Notes: generated by a model not told the origin, from the letters alone. A DNA stretch of 64,000 bases from Verrucomicrobiales bacterium (GCA_031411295.1 JANOAV010000202.1:32001-96000), one strand, 5' to 3'; counted from the first letter of the stretch, positions 1 to 10,627 are shown. A program made the numbers and translations.

Positions 1-1
1 G

Positions 2-1699
2 GAAGGTCTGGTGGACCCTGCATTGACCCACTATGAGGAGTCCGAAAATGTGCTGATGAAATTCCACGGCACCTATCAGCAGGACGATCGCGATGTTCGA
101 GCTGCCCGCACAAAGGCGAAGGAAGAGAAGGCATGGAGCTTCATGGTGCGCACCCGGATGCCCGGTGGCCGGATGACCGCCGAGCAATATTTGATCCATG
201 ATCGGCTGGGCGATACCTTGGCGAATGGCACGATCCGTCTGACAACGCGTCAGGGCGTGCAATTCCACGGCGTGCTCAAGGGCGGGCTGAAGGAAGTGAT
301 CGCTGGAATTAACCGCAGCGGCCTAACGACGATGGGCGCTTGTGGCGACGTGGTGCGGAACATCATGGGGCCGGCTGCTCCGGTGCAAAGCGCCGTTTAT
401 ACCGACGCCCAGAAGTTGGCGGAAGAAGTCAGCAAGCAGTTCCTCTGGCGCAGCAGCGCCTATGCCGATATCTGGCTGGATGGCGAGAAACTGGATCTTT
501 TGGAAAAGAGCACCGATGCCCCGGGCGTGGAAGATGATCTGTATGGCAAAGTTTACCTGCCCCGAAAATTCAAGATGGCCGTGGCGGTGGCTCCCAGCAA
601 CGACGTGGACCTTTACAGCCAGGATGTTAGTTTCGTGGCCCATGAAGTCAACGGCGTGGTGGAAGGCTACACGTTGTTCATCGGCGGCGGTTTCGGCATG
701 AGCCATGGTCAGCTCTCCACGCGACCATTTCTGGCCCAACCGTTCGGTTATGTGAAACGCGAGGATGTGGCCGCCGTGACGGAAGCCATCGTGAAAACGC
801 AGCGGGATCATGGCAATCGCGAGGAGCGCAAGAACGCGCGGATGAAGTATCTGGTGGAGAAAGAAGGCATCCCCTGGTTCATCGACCAAGTGAAGAGCCG
901 CGTGCCTAGCGTGGAAATTGCCCCACCTAAAGCAGTGCATTTCGATACCGTGGCCGACGTGTTAGGCTGGCATGAGCAAGGCGACGGGAAACTTTACGTG
1001 GCCGTCTATGTCAGCATGGGCCGCGTGATCGATGTGGCCAATGGCCCGGGCTATCGCAGCGCCTTCAAGGAGATCGCAGAAACGCTGGGCACCACCGTGA
1101 TCATCACGCCGAACACCAACATCATTTTTGCCGACATCGCGAAAGAAGATCGCGCCAAGGTCGATGCCATCCTTGCCAAGCACAACGTGCCGCACGCGGA
1201 AGGTATGACCGCCGCGCACCAAGTGGCCCACGCTTGTGTGGCGCTGCCGACCTGCGGACTCAGCCTGGCCGAAAGCGAACGCGTCTTCGGCGGCCTGATG
1301 GATCGCATCGACGTTGTGCTCCGCGAGTTGGACATGGCTCAAGAGCCGATCCTCTTCCGCATGACTGGTTGCCCGAACGGTTGCGCCCGCCCCTACAATG
1401 CAGACATCGGCTTCGTGGGTCGTGGCCCGGGAAAATACGCCATGTTTGTCGGCGGCAGCATCGTGGGAGATCGCCTAGCCGGTCTGGAAACCAAGACCAT
1501 CGCCTTCGACGATATCCCTGCCAAGGTTCGGGAGTTGCTGGTGGAGTTCAAAGCAAATCGCCTCCCCGGTGAGCGCTTCACGAACTACTGGGGCCGCTTC
1601 CGTGGCCTGGGCCCCGCGCCGACGCCAGAGCAATTCCACATCGAGTTTGCCGAACGCGCAGCCAAGCTGGCGGGGCAGGCCGTGAGCGCGGCGGAGTAA
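2..1699 (+). CDS. cysI: Sulfite/nitrite reductase siroheme-[4Fe-4S] hemoprotein (CysI/Sir-like), 5'-partial
   Basis: KFHGTYQQDDRD, RLTTRQGVQFHGV, YLPRKFK, ACVALPTC and MTGCPNGC siroheme/Fe-S motifs; frame is open to the window edge. Confidence 0.9.
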   Translation, partial: EGLVDPALTHYEESENVLMKFHGTYQQDDRDVRAARTKAKEEKAWSFMVRTRMPGGRMTAEQYLIHDRLGDTLANGTIRLTTRQGVQFHGVLKGGLKEVIAGINRSGLTTMGACGDVVRNIMGPAAPVQSAVYTDAQKLAEEVSKQFLWRSSAYADIWLDGEKLDLLEKSTDAPGVEDDLYGKVYLPRKFKMAVAVAPSNDVDLYSQDVSFVAHEVNGVVEGYTLFIGGGFGMSHGQLSTRPFLAQPFGYVKREDVAAVTEAIVKTQRDHGNREERKNARMKYLVEKEGIPWFIDQVKSRVPSVEIAPPKAVHFDTVADVLGWHEQGDGKLYVAVYVSMGRVIDVANGPGYRSAFKEIAETLGTTVIITPNTNIIFADIAKEDRAKVDAILAKHNVPHAEGMTAAHQVAHACVALPTCGLSLAESERVFGGLMDRIDVVLRELDMAQEPILFRMTGCPNGCARPYNADIGFVGRGPGKYAMFVGGSIVGDRLAGLETKTIAFDDIPAKVRELLVEFKANRLPGERFTNYWGRFRGLGPAPTPEQFHIEFAERAAKLAGQAVSAAE

Positions 1700-1723
1700 C
1701 CACTGCCGCAGCTGGATGCTTTA

Positions 1724-1763
1724 AAAATCCCAGAGCTGGCCTTATGGCTGGCTCTGGGATTTT
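1724..1763 (+). terminator. Rho-independent terminator-like hairpin after cysI
   Basis: AAAATCCCAGAGC...GCTCTGGGATTTT inverted repeat just after the stop codon. Confidence 0.6.
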
Positions 1764-1844
1764 GCTTTAGCGAGCACGCAACAACCTGGTGCCAAGGCCG
1801 CCTCCGCGGAAGTTTTGTCCTCCCCGCCAAGTGGTCGCGAGCCA

Positions 1845-1879
1845 CGCAAAATGGCCGCAGTTTCCTGCGGCCATTTGCG
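1845..1879 (-). terminator. Terminator hairpin for the MFS gene (probably bidirectional)
   Basis: AAATGGCCGCAG-tttc-CTGCGGCCATTT between convergent genes. Confidence 0.7.
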
Positions 1880-1908
1880 AGAGGTTGATCTAATTCAGAT
1901 GGCAGGCA

Positions 1909-3453
1909 TTAATGCGCCCCGCCAGAACCAAGCTCGACGGGCTTGTAGCCGCCTTTGGCCTTGAAGTAGAAGATGAGCATGAGATAAGCTGCCAGCATCA
2001 AACATGGCAGAATCGCAATGGTGGCGAGGGAAGCCTTCTTGGTGGCACCTTCAACACTTCCAACTTCATCCTGCTGCTCCTGGGGTAACGCCTTCAATTT
2101 TTCCTGATCGACAGTTGGCGCCTGACCGAACATCGTAGCTTGGGGTTTACCCGCGATGACTTGGTGGATCGCAGGCTTTTGGTCCTTCAGGTCACGATCC
2201 ACGTTGGTATCAAGGATGTAGCCAATGAATTGGCTGCCGAGAATACCAACGCCCAGCATCCCTACAGCAGAAATGCCGTTGAGGGTCATGGCACCACCTT
2301 TGGGGAACTGCTCAGCAACGACTCCGAGTGTGGTGGGCCAGAAGAACGTCTTGCCGAAACCATACAGGGTGGCGGCAACCAAGATCGTCAGACCTGTCGC
2401 TTTGCTCAAGAAGACCAATCCAACAGCTGCGATAATAGCGCTCACAGCCAGGAGACCCAGCGGGGAGATCTTATGCACAATGGAGCCAGCGAAGAAACGC
2501 AGGACCATCATGATGAGCGAGGTATAAATGAGCAGGTGTCCACCACCCAGATTTGGGCTGATTTCTTTCATGCCTTTTTCCATCAGACCGCTGATGGCTC
2601 CGTCTGTTCCCAATTCGGTGGTAGCCAGTGGGACCATGATGAGCATCAAGAGAATGAAGAGCGGCTTGCCGAGAGATTTGGTGTAGGCGAAAAACGCCAG
2701 ACCAGCAACGCTGCCGAGAATAATCGCAGGGATATCCAAGCACTGGAGGATGAGGGTTTCAGAGCCTGGCAAGTGGAGCACACGGCTGATTTCCCGACCT
2801 ACCAAAGCGAAGATAAAGAAGGCGCCCAAGGCACCCACTTCACCCAGCATGTCCTTGTAACTCACCCCAGCCGAGACGCGTTCATTGACAGGGAATTTCT
2901 TCGTGACCAGCATGAGGGCATACAGCACCGTCGGAATGAGCACTAAGCCGATCTTGACCTGCCAAGCGGTGGTGGCTGGCATCAGGACAATGATCAATCC
3001 GCCAAACACCATGCCTCCGGGCCATCCGGCATGAAGAATATTGAGCCACTTGGTCTTATCCTTGTTGAACAGGGTCGCGACTACCGGGTTAATGAACGCT
3101 TCCACCGTGCCATTACCGAGAGCCAGAATCAGGGTCCCCACATACAACTGGGTATAGCCAGTGGCGGTGCACAGAATGATCGTGGAAATAATGTGGCAGG
3201 AGAGCGAGAAGAACATCGCAATCTTGTAGCCGATCTTATCAATGACCAAGCTGAAGAGCACGATACTCACGGCAAACGGCCACAAGCCGACGCCACTGAT
3301 CTGCTGCTTTTGGGATTCGGTAAGGTTGAAAAGCTTACCCCATTCATCCAGCACCATCCCACGGGAAACGAAACTGAATGCCGTGGCAATCAAGGCGATG
3401 AAGCAGCCCCAGAAGAGGGCCATGTTTGGTTTTTGACTTGCGTCGTTACTCAT
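1909..3453 (-). CDS. MFS transporter (probable sugar permease)
   Basis: About 12-14 hydrophobic segments; DKIGYK loop motif; GKTFFWPTTLGVVAEQFPKGG. Confidence 0.85.
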   Translation of the reverse strand: MSNDASQKPNMALFWGCFIALIATAFSFVSRGMVLDEWGKLFNLTESQKQQISGVGLWPFAVSIVLFSLVIDKIGYKIAMFFSLSCHIISTIILCTATGYTQLYVGTLILALGNGTVEAFINPVVATLFNKDKTKWLNILHAGWPGGMVFGGLIIVLMPATTAWQVKIGLVLIPTVLYALMLVTKKFPVNERVSAGVSYKDMLGEVGALGAFFIFALVGREISRVLHLPGSETLILQCLDIPAIILGSVAGLAFFAYTKSLGKPLFILLMLIMVPLATTELGTDGAISGLMEKGMKEISPNLGGGHLLIYTSLIMMVLRFFAGSIVHKISPLGLLAVSAIIAAVGLVFLSKATGLTILVAATLYGFGKTFFWPTTLGVVAEQFPKGGAMTLNGISAVGMLGVGILGSQFIGYILDTNVDRDLKDQKPAIHQVIAGKPQATMFGQAPTVDQEKLKALPQEQQDEVGSVEGATKKASLATIAILPCLMLAAYLMLIFYFKAKGGYKPVELGSGGAH

Positions 3454-3659
3454 AATTTTTGACGTTGATGTCGGGTTTGGTTGTAGTCGTTAGGAATCAG
3501 GTTTCGGCTCCCGAAGCACCCCCTCCCATCAGAAAAGAAGGAAAGGGCGCACATCCGAGCACCGACTGGCGCGCATTATGGCGCTAGGAATTATTTCACC
3601 AAGAGAAAAATGCCGGGAAACGAAAATTTTTTCGCGGATGCGGATAGACGGCGGAATTT

Positions 3660-4748
3660 CTATAACCAGCGTTTCCTTTTGAAATACCACAGCATCAGCA
3701 GCGCCACGCCGAGGAAGAAGCCCCAAGCGACGCGATAACCATGCAGCCAATGCAGCTCCTCCATGTAATCAAAGTTCATTCCCCAAACGCCGGCCAGGAA
3801 GCTCAAGGGAAGGAAAATGGTGCTTAAAGCGGTCAGCACCTTCATGATTTCATTCATGCGCTGCGCCAAATTTGCCTGATAGAATTCCCGAATGGCCGTG
3901 ATGGCTTCACGTAAATGATCTGCGGTCTCGATGGCATGCCAAGCATGGTCATAGAGGTCGCGAATGAAGGGCTGGAGCGCGGGGGTCAGCAGTGGGCCCT
4001 CATTGCGTTGCAGGGCGATGGCTACTTCCCGCATCGGACGGATGGCCCGGTAGAGGAAATTTGTTTGGGCCCGAATGGCGTGAATTTCCTGCATCGTGAC
4101 CTCTTTGTCGGCATTGGCCAGACGCTCGTCCAAGTGGCTGATATCATCCTCGAAGAGATCCAACGCCAGCAGGTAATGATCCATGACCGCATCCAGCAAG
4201 GCCCAGGCGAGATAATCCACCCCGGAAGAGCGCAGTTTCCCTTTCCCGTCGCGCAACCGCGCGATCACTGGATCAAAGACGGTGCTGGGACCTTCGTGGA
4301 AACTAATCAGGACCCGATCCGTCAGAATCATGGAGAATTGCTGGGCCTGGAATTTTGCTTCGGTGCCAGTCAAGGTAATCTGCCGCGTGGTAATGAAGAG
4401 ATAGCGGCCAAAGTCATCCACTTTGGGGTGGTGCTCGGTATTTAGGATGTCCTGCTGAATCAGCGGGTGGATGTCATAGGCGGTGAGCAATTCCTGAATT
4501 TTACCCGTATCATGCAGCCCGGTCACCATGATCCAGGTTGGACTGTCCCGGCCTTCAAATTCCACGCACTCCGCCGGGTGCTCCGCGCTGAGTTCCCGCA
4601 TCTCGGCGGTGGTATAATCCAGCACGCGGAAACTAATTTTGTCCACCAACCGCTCTCCCACGTAGGTCAACTCCCCCGGAGCTTGCGCGGGAGGGCGGGG
4701 ATCGCGATGACGACGCAACCAAGGAATGAGTCCAGGCATAACGGGCAT
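3660..4748 (-). CDS. corA: Magnesium/cobalt transporter CorA
   Basis: HPLIQQDILNT..HPKVDDF, MNEIMKVLT, GMNF signature, two C-terminal TM helices. Confidence 0.93.
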   Translation of the reverse strand: MPVMPGLIPWLRRHRDPRPPAQAPGELTYVGERLVDKISFRVLDYTTAEMRELSAEHPAECVEFEGRDSPTWIMVTGLHDTGKIQELLTAYDIHPLIQQDILNTEHHPKVDDFGRYLFITTRQITLTGTEAKFQAQQFSMILTDRVLISFHEGPSTVFDPVIARLRDGKGKLRSSGVDYLAWALLDAVMDHYLLALDLFEDDISHLDERLANADKEVTMQEIHAIRAQTNFLYRAIRPMREVAIALQRNEGPLLTPALQPFIRDLYDHAWHAIETADHLREAITAIREFYQANLAQRMNEIMKVLTALSTIFLPLSFLAGVWGMNFDYMEELHWLHGYRVAWGFFLGVALLMLWYFKRKRWL

Positions 4749-4962
4749 AATTGGCGAGATGGTAGGTAGTTAGTGCAGGCGGCAATGAGAACCGAAGGGA
4801 GGCCATCTTGACTTCCCCTGCTAAGGCGAATGTAGCGGTGTGTTGGCTGGCTGCAAATTCGATTGTGAGTCCCAACCGCAGCAGCCATTCCGAATTCCAG
4901 CGCAATAACAATGAAAGATTAAACTTGCTCTGAGGGGCGCAGGCAGCACATAGTTTCCCGTT

Positions 4963-6819
4963 ATGAGGAAATATTTTTTGCGAGCGTTGATTATTCTGGG
5001 GATCCTTTGGGCACTGGGGGGTTACCTGTATTTACCCTCCACGGAGCACAGCTTGGCGGCGGCGGCCAATGCTAAATTGGCCGATGGAAAACAGCGCGAA
5101 ATTTTCAAGCAGGTGAAGGCGGAGTTTTCCGGCCAGCAGGCGATCTTGCGCGGGGTGGTGGGGACGGAGGAGGACAAACAGTTGGCGGAAAGAATCGTGA
5201 GGGATGAAATTCAGGTGCCCAAAGAGCGCTTCTTCAATCCGGTCAAAGCAGTGCACAACGAGATCAGGGTGGACCCTGCGGCCACCTCCCGCAAGCCACA
5301 GTGGCTCATCGCGAGTATTCAGCCAGGAGGGGTCCGGGTTGACGGCCTAGTGCAGTCCCCGGCCCAGATCACTCAACTCATGGAGCAATTCGCCCCCAAA
5401 GTGCCTGCCACTGGAGGCACGCCAGATGCCGCCGTGGTGCCCAATGGGCTGGCGCTTCCCGCCGCCGACTGGACCGCTACTCTGGCCAAAATTCCTGATT
5501 TTAAAGCATTGCTTGAAGGCAAAATGGACAAGGAACGCGGCCTGCTGGCGGTTAGTGCCTGCGACGGCAACTGGAGCGTCCTGCTACCTGCGGCAACGGA
5601 TGAAGAGATTACAGCCAAACTCAATTTACCCAAAATCAGCGCTGCTGAGATCAGTCGCCCGCTGACCAAATTACGGGCTTGGTTTAACGGGCCCAGCCAG
5701 GCTGAATTGGATCGCTTGGCGACCGAAGCCAAGGCCAAACAGGAAGCGCAAATCAAGGCCCAAGCTGAAGTGATGGCCAAGGCCGCAGCAGATGCGAAAC
5801 TGGCCGCCGATGCGGCGGCGGCCGCCAAACTAGCCGCTGCGGGGCCTGCGCTGCCAGCCTATGTCGGCGTGGCAGTCGCGGCTAAGACGCTCAATTTGTT
5901 CGGAGCGGTGCCCGACGAGGCCGTCAAAACTCTGGCCACCACCACGGCACTAAAGTCGTATCCGGGGCGAGCCCTTGACAGCAGCAATCTGAAACTGGAG
6001 CCGAATCGCACACTGCCGACCCCCGTCGCGCTAACATTGCCAGCAGCGCCCCCGGGGAAAGCGGATTTTCTGACGCTGGCGCAGTTGGATGGCACGAGCA
6101 AGCTCTACAACGCAGATGCTTTCGACTCGGAGATCACCAAGGATTTCCCTGCCCTGAAATTTAAAGCAGATGATCTGGCCCTTCCCCTGCTTGGGTTCCG
6201 CTCGGCGCTCGCTACGGCAGGTTCTCTGGCCAAAGACGAACCCTACTTGGCTCTGGTCTCAGATGGCACGACCCTTAACCTAACGGGCGAAGTCGCAGCA
6301 GAGGCCACCAAGTCCCTCCTGCTGGAAAAAATCAAAGCGGCGAATCCTGCTCTGACGCTGGTGGATAAGCTCCAAGTCTCGCCCTTGGTAAATGATGCCA
6401 AAGACTTGGCTGCCACCTTGGACTCACTTCCGGCCTTCGCCCCTGGCACCCCAACTCTGGCCGTGGCGCGGCCTGGGCAGAAATGGCGGCCCTCCGTAGT
6501 CCATGCCATTTACTTCAAAACCGGCTCCAACCGCTCCAAGGATCAGGAACGCGCGATTTACCAAATGCAACGCGTGCTCGAGCTCCTGCCGCAGGCACGA
6601 TTCGAAATTGTGGGCCACACCGACAACGCGGGCAATGCCGAGACGAACAAAAAGCTCAGCCTCGAACGGGCAAACAGTTTCCTCACCGTAGCCACTGCGG
6701 CGGGCCTTGAACCTGCCAAGCTGAGCACACGCGGAGCTGGCCCTGCCGAGCCCATCGCCTCAAATGATACCGCCGATGGCAAAGCCCTGAACCGCCGCGT
6801 CGATGTCCTCCTAAAATAA
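4963..6819 (+). CDS. BON + OmpA-like peptidoglycan-binding membrane protein
   Basis: N-terminal TM; BON-like segments (GQQAILRGVV, LNLTGEV); C-terminal IYF..GHTDNAG..NKKLSLERA..NRRVDV OmpA domain. Confidence 0.85.
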   Translation: MRKYFLRALIILGILWALGGYLYLPSTEHSLAAAANAKLADGKQREIFKQVKAEFSGQQAILRGVVGTEEDKQLAERIVRDEIQVPKERFFNPVKAVHNEIRVDPAATSRKPQWLIASIQPGGVRVDGLVQSPAQITQLMEQFAPKVPATGGTPDAAVVPNGLALPAADWTATLAKIPDFKALLEGKMDKERGLLAVSACDGNWSVLLPAATDEEITAKLNLPKISAAEISRPLTKLRAWFNGPSQAELDRLATEAKAKQEAQIKAQAEVMAKAAADAKLAADAAAAAKLAAAGPALPAYVGVAVAAKTLNLFGAVPDEAVKTLATTTALKSYPGRALDSSNLKLEPNRTLPTPVALTLPAAPPGKADFLTLAQLDGTSKLYNADAFDSEITKDFPALKFKADDLALPLLGFRSALATAGSLAKDEPYLALVSDGTTLNLTGEVAAEATKSLLLEKIKAANPALTLVDKLQVSPLVNDAKDLAATLDSLPAFAPGTPTLAVARPGQKWRPSVVHAIYFKTGSNRSKDQERAIYQMQRVLELLPQARFEIVGHTDNAGNAETNKKLSLERANSFLTVATAAGLEPAKLSTRGAGPAEPIASNDTADGKALNRRVDVLLK

Positions 6820-6857
6820 ATTTCTCCTTAAACCAACCCTTCGCACCTTCTAACATT

Positions 6858-8261
6858 ATGCTCACTGGCAACATGTGGTTCCTCCTCGAACTCCTCCTCT
6901 ATCTCATCCTGGCCGCCGTCATCTTTGGGTTCCTGGGCTGGTGGTTACGCGGCCTTTTTTCCTCCCCCAAGCCTGCCTCCAGTGAGGAAAAAGGCACCCA
7001 CCAATCAGCCAATTCCGATGCCAATGCGCGTGATCGGGAAAAAATCAAGAAGCTGGAAACCCAGCTCAAGAACTCAGAAAGTGCTCTCCAAGCCATCAGG
7101 TCCCAGCATGACAGCCTCCAGAAAGCTAGCGCCCCACGTGAGACGCTGGATCAGGCGCAGCAGGAAAACGCCGCCCTGAAGGAAGCCGCCGCCGCTGCGC
7201 AAAAGCAAGCCGAGGCGCTGGCGTCTGACCTCAAGCGTGCCCAAGCGACCGCAGCCACGCTGAACGCCAAAGTCAACGAAGGCAGTAAATCACAGCAAGC
7301 GGCCACTTTAGCCCTGCAAAACGATCTCGCGAAGACCAAAGAAGAACTCGCCCGCGCCAGCACCGGCGGGGCGGCCCTGGCGGATCTTAAGAAAGAGCTT
7401 GAACAGGTCCGCGAAAGCCTGGCCATGGCGAATCGCTCCAACAGCGAACTGCGCAAGAGCCAAGCCACCGCCGCCGCCGCGTTGGCCGCCTGCGAGGCCC
7501 GTCACAGCAAGGTCCAAAGCGGCGGAACGGCACTGCAGGACCTCTTCGCGCAAACCTCAGCATCCTCCGTCCCACCCGCTGCCTTAACCGCAGCGAAACA
7601 GGAACTCAAAGCCGAGGCCGATCAAGCGGCTGCCGAACAGGCCGCCAAACTAGCCGCAGAAAAAGCCGCCGCTGAACAGGCTGCCAAGCTAGCCGCAGAA
7701 AAAGCGGCAGCTGAGCAGGCCGCCAAGCTAGCCGCAGAAAGAGCCGCTGCTGAACAGGCTGCCAAGCTAGCCACAGAAAAAACCGCTGCTGAACGGGCGC
7801 AAAAGGAAGCGGCAGAAAAGATCCTTGCCGAAGCCGCTGCCAAGCTGGCAGCAGAAAAATCTGCGGCAGAGCAAGCAAGCAGGACCGCCCCACAAGCGGA
7901 GTTGCCCTTGTTTGCAGCGAATGATACGCCTGCGACAACTGCGCCTGAGACTCCCCTGAGCGGCTCCCAGATTCCCGCCGCAGCGGCAATTCTGGGGAAA
8001 CGTGTGGTGGCGGACGACCTCCTCATCGTCGAAGGTATCGGCCCCAAAATCAAAGCACTCATTGAGCAAGCAGGAGTCAACACGTGGCAACACTTAGCCG
8101 ACACCTCCGTGGAGCGGCTGCAAGAAATCCTCCAGCAAGCAGGCCCTAGTTTCGAGATCCACAACCCCGGCACCTGGCCCCGCCAGGCGGCTCTGGCCCG
8201 TGATGGCAAGTGGGAAGAACTGAAGACATGGCAAGACCAACTGGAGGGCGGTAAGGAGTAA
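6858..8261 (+). CDS. Membrane-anchored coiled-coil protein with C-terminal helix-hairpin-helix (DUF4332/COG3743-like) domain
   Basis: N-terminal TM (LLYLILAAVIFGFLGWWLR), long Ala/Glu/Lys coiled coil, DDLLIVEGIGPKI...TWPRQAALA. Confidence 0.75.
   Translation: MLTGNMWFLLELLLYLILAAVIFGFLGWWLRGLFSSPKPASSEEKGTHQSANSDANARDREKIKKLETQLKNSESALQAIRSQHDSLQKASAPRETLDQAQQENAALKEAAAAAQKQAEALASDLKRAQATAATLNAKVNEGSKSQQAATLALQNDLAKTKEELARASTGGAALADLKKELEQVRESLAMANRSNSELRKSQATAAAALAACEARHSKVQSGGTALQDLFAQTSASSVPPAALTAAKQELKAEADQAAAEQAAKLAAEKAAAEQAAKLAAEKAAAEQAAKLAAERAAAEQAAKLATEKTAAERAQKEAAEKILAEAAAKLAAEKSAAEQASRTAPQAELPLFAANDTPATTAPETPLSGSQIPAAAAILGKRVVADDLLIVEGIGPKIKALIEQAGVNTWQHLADTSVERLQEILQQAGPSFEIHNPGTWPRQAALARDGKWEELKTWQDQLEGGKE
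7626..7781 (+). repeat. Intragenic 39-bp tandem repeat x4 (AAAEQAAKLAAEK)
   Basis: Four near-identical units seen directly in DNA and protein, plus degenerate copies downstream. Confidence 0.9.
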
Positions 8262-8398
8262 GTGTCCCCTCCGCCCGCCTGTGTGGCGGTCTGGCCATCG
8301 AGCAAAGGCAACATCGGGGTGGTCGCAATTCCAAGTAACTTGCGTGCCGCCATCGGTGTGCTTAGGGTTGGTTTCGACCGCCTTCTCCCCTTCCCCTG

Positions 8399-10360
8399 AT
8401 GCCCACCCTCCGCTTTCGCAGTAAATTGATCCTGGCCATGACGCTTGTCGTCCTGGGGGTAACGACGGTCATGCTGGTAATCACGCGGGATCGGATTCAA
8501 GAAGCGTATGCCAAAGTATTTTCGGACCAGTTTCAGACCCAACTGGATTTCGTAACCGAGCGGCAGCAGCAACGGTTGGAGGAATTGGCAGACGTCTGTG
8601 AGCAGGCGGCTAAATCCCCCGCGTTCCTCAAGGCTTTCACGAGCGAGGATCCCGGATCTTCTCCCAAGGAGGCGGAGGCGGAAATCTTTCGCCTGGCGAC
8701 GACCTCGACGCCACATCTGCCAGACTCGAAGACTGGCTTGCTGCAAGGATTGCTGCCCGAGGTGCCCCCAGTCCCCAGTCTCTTGGTGCCAAAGAATCCA
8801 GCGAAGGAGAGCCGCGGCCCCCTGCGCAGGTTGTTGAATCAAGAGGTATCGGTCATTGTGCTCGATAGTAGAGGCGCGGAAATCATGCGCAGCGAAGGCG
8901 GGCGGCCTTTGGGCAAAGAGGCAAAGCGGCTGGGGACGACTGATCCACGACGGCCAGAGGTGAAATTTACCGAAGAGAGCTTGGTGCGGTTGGTGAGATC
9001 CAGACGGGCGGACCGTCCGCGGGAACAGCAGACTGGGTTTACAGTGATCGGGGACGATAACCTGAAGGAATTAGTGATTACCCCCATTCGTGCAATTGGC
9101 TCGCCCGACGATGCCCCTCCGTTGGGAGCCTTGCTGGTGGCCCTGTCATTTAGTAGTATGGAGGACTTTTCCAAGTCGGTGTTCGGGGAACATTCTGAGT
9201 TGGGATCCCTGCAAAGCGGGCTGTGGCTCAAAGGGAAAATTTTCAGCAAGAGCATTCCAGCGGACGTGGCCCAGCAGTTGGCGCAACGCATCACCCAGGA
9301 GCGGGCCGCAAGGTCCAAGAGTGATAGCCTGTTGGCGCTGGACATTGGCGGGGTGCCGCACCGGGCGATTTACCGGGAGCTGGATCCGGAGTCTCCGATT
9401 CCCGGCATTCCAGCCTATCAAGTGGGGCTCTTTTCCATGAAAGAAGCCGCAGCGGAGCAGGCCAGGCTCTTCCATATCATTCTGGCTTCCGGCGCCTTTG
9501 CCCTGGCGGGGGCCTTGATCGCGATTCTCTTTCTCTCCCGCGGGCTGGCCAAGCCCCTGCATGATCTGGTTGCGGGCACGAAGGAGATTCGGGAAGGAAA
9601 TTTCAACGTGCGGGTAAAGGTGTCAGGCACCGATGAATTGGGGCAACTCAGCGCGGCATTTAATGAGATGGCGAAGGATCTGGCCTTGAATCAGAAATAT
9701 CACACCGTGCTGACGCAGGTGGCAGACAAGGGAATCGCCCGCGCCTTGATGCGCGGGGAAGTGACGTTGGGCGGGGAATTGCGGAAAGTTAGCGTGCTCT
9801 TCTGCGACATCCGCGGATTCACCAGCCTAACCGAAGGGATGCCGCCGCAAGAGGTGGTGCATTTGCTGAACGAGCACATGACTGCGATGACGGAGTTGGT
9901 GCACCAATATCATGGGGTAGTGGATAAGTTTGTGGGGGATTTGATCATGGCGATCTTCGGAGCGCCAGTGACCCGGCCAGATGATGTGGTGAACGCCGCG
10001 CGCTGCGCGCTGGCCATGCAGGCGGCACGCGCAGCACTGAATCGGACTTCGAGTCATCGCTTTGATACCGGGATCGGGATTGCGACTGGGGTCTCGCTGG
10101 TAGGTTGCATGGGGAGCATCCATCGACTGGACTACACGGTCCTCGGAGAGCGGGTGAATCTGGCCTCACGGCTCTGCAGTGCGGCAGCTCCGCAGGAAAT
10201 TTTGTTGGATGAAACGACCGTGGCGGAGCTGGGAGCACTCGCCCTAACGGAGCCTTTGGGAGAACTTCAACTCAAAGGCTTTTCGGAAACACCCCGTGCC
10301 TGGCGCCTGTTGGAAGCTACTCCCAGCCCGCCGCTGTTCCCCCTGGAGTCACCGTTATAA
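8399..10360 (+). CDS. Class III adenylate cyclase with periplasmic sensor and HAMP domain
   Basis: Two TMs, HAMP (DELGQLSAAFNEM), FCDIRGFT, DKFVGD, DYTVLGERVNLASRL (K/T residues consistent with ATP specificity). Confidence 0.9.
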   Translation: MPTLRFRSKLILAMTLVVLGVTTVMLVITRDRIQEAYAKVFSDQFQTQLDFVTERQQQRLEELADVCEQAAKSPAFLKAFTSEDPGSSPKEAEAEIFRLATTSTPHLPDSKTGLLQGLLPEVPPVPSLLVPKNPAKESRGPLRRLLNQEVSVIVLDSRGAEIMRSEGGRPLGKEAKRLGTTDPRRPEVKFTEESLVRLVRSRRADRPREQQTGFTVIGDDNLKELVITPIRAIGSPDDAPPLGALLVALSFSSMEDFSKSVFGEHSELGSLQSGLWLKGKIFSKSIPADVAQQLAQRITQERAARSKSDSLLALDIGGVPHRAIYRELDPESPIPGIPAYQVGLFSMKEAAAEQARLFHIILASGAFALAGALIAILFLSRGLAKPLHDLVAGTKEIREGNFNVRVKVSGTDELGQLSAAFNEMAKDLALNQKYHTVLTQVADKGIARALMRGEVTLGGELRKVSVLFCDIRGFTSLTEGMPPQEVVHLLNEHMTAMTELVHQYHGVVDKFVGDLIMAIFGAPVTRPDDVVNAARCALAMQAARAALNRTSSHRFDTGIGIATGVSLVGCMGSIHRLDYTVLGERVNLASRLCSAAAPQEILLDETTVAELGALALTEPLGELQLKGFSETPRAWRLLEATPSPPLFPLESPL

Positions 10361-10492
10361 ACCCGACGCACGACTTGCGGAAAGACGTTCCGGATAAAAC
10401 ATGCAGCAACTTCGAAAATCTTCTTGCAAAAGTCAGTTGGGACCGCATCTTGCCGACCTGTTTGCCACCTCGGCAATTCAGCACATGGTCAA

Positions 10493-10567
10493 TCCTGAGT
10501 AGCTCAGCGGCAGAGCGGGTGGCTGTTAACCACTAGGTCGTAGGTTCGATCCCTACCTCAGGAGCCA
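10493..10567 (+). tRNA. tRNA-Asn(GTT)
   Basis: Cloverleaf TCCTGAG/CTCAGGA, anticodon loop CTGTTAA, GTTCGATCC T-arm, encoded CCA. Confidence 0.96.
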
Positions 10568-10577
10568 ATGTTTCCCC

Positions 10578-10604
10578 GCCAGTCAGCAGACTGGCCTTTT
10601 TTTT
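10578..10604 (+). terminator. Rho-independent terminator of tRNA-Asn
   Basis: GCCAGTC-agca-GACTGGC followed by C and T8. Confidence 0.85.
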
Positions 10605-10627
10605 GCTCGCGCCAAGCGCTGTTTCGG

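Noticed and set aside
8336..8350. Sigma54-like CGGCACG-N4-TTAC on the minus strand
   Set aside because: Imperfect -12 element, and it points antisense into the preceding gene.
10493..10627. tRNAs as integration sites for an island or prophage
   Set aside because: No integrase and no duplicated tRNA 3' end seen for any of the three tRNAs in the window.
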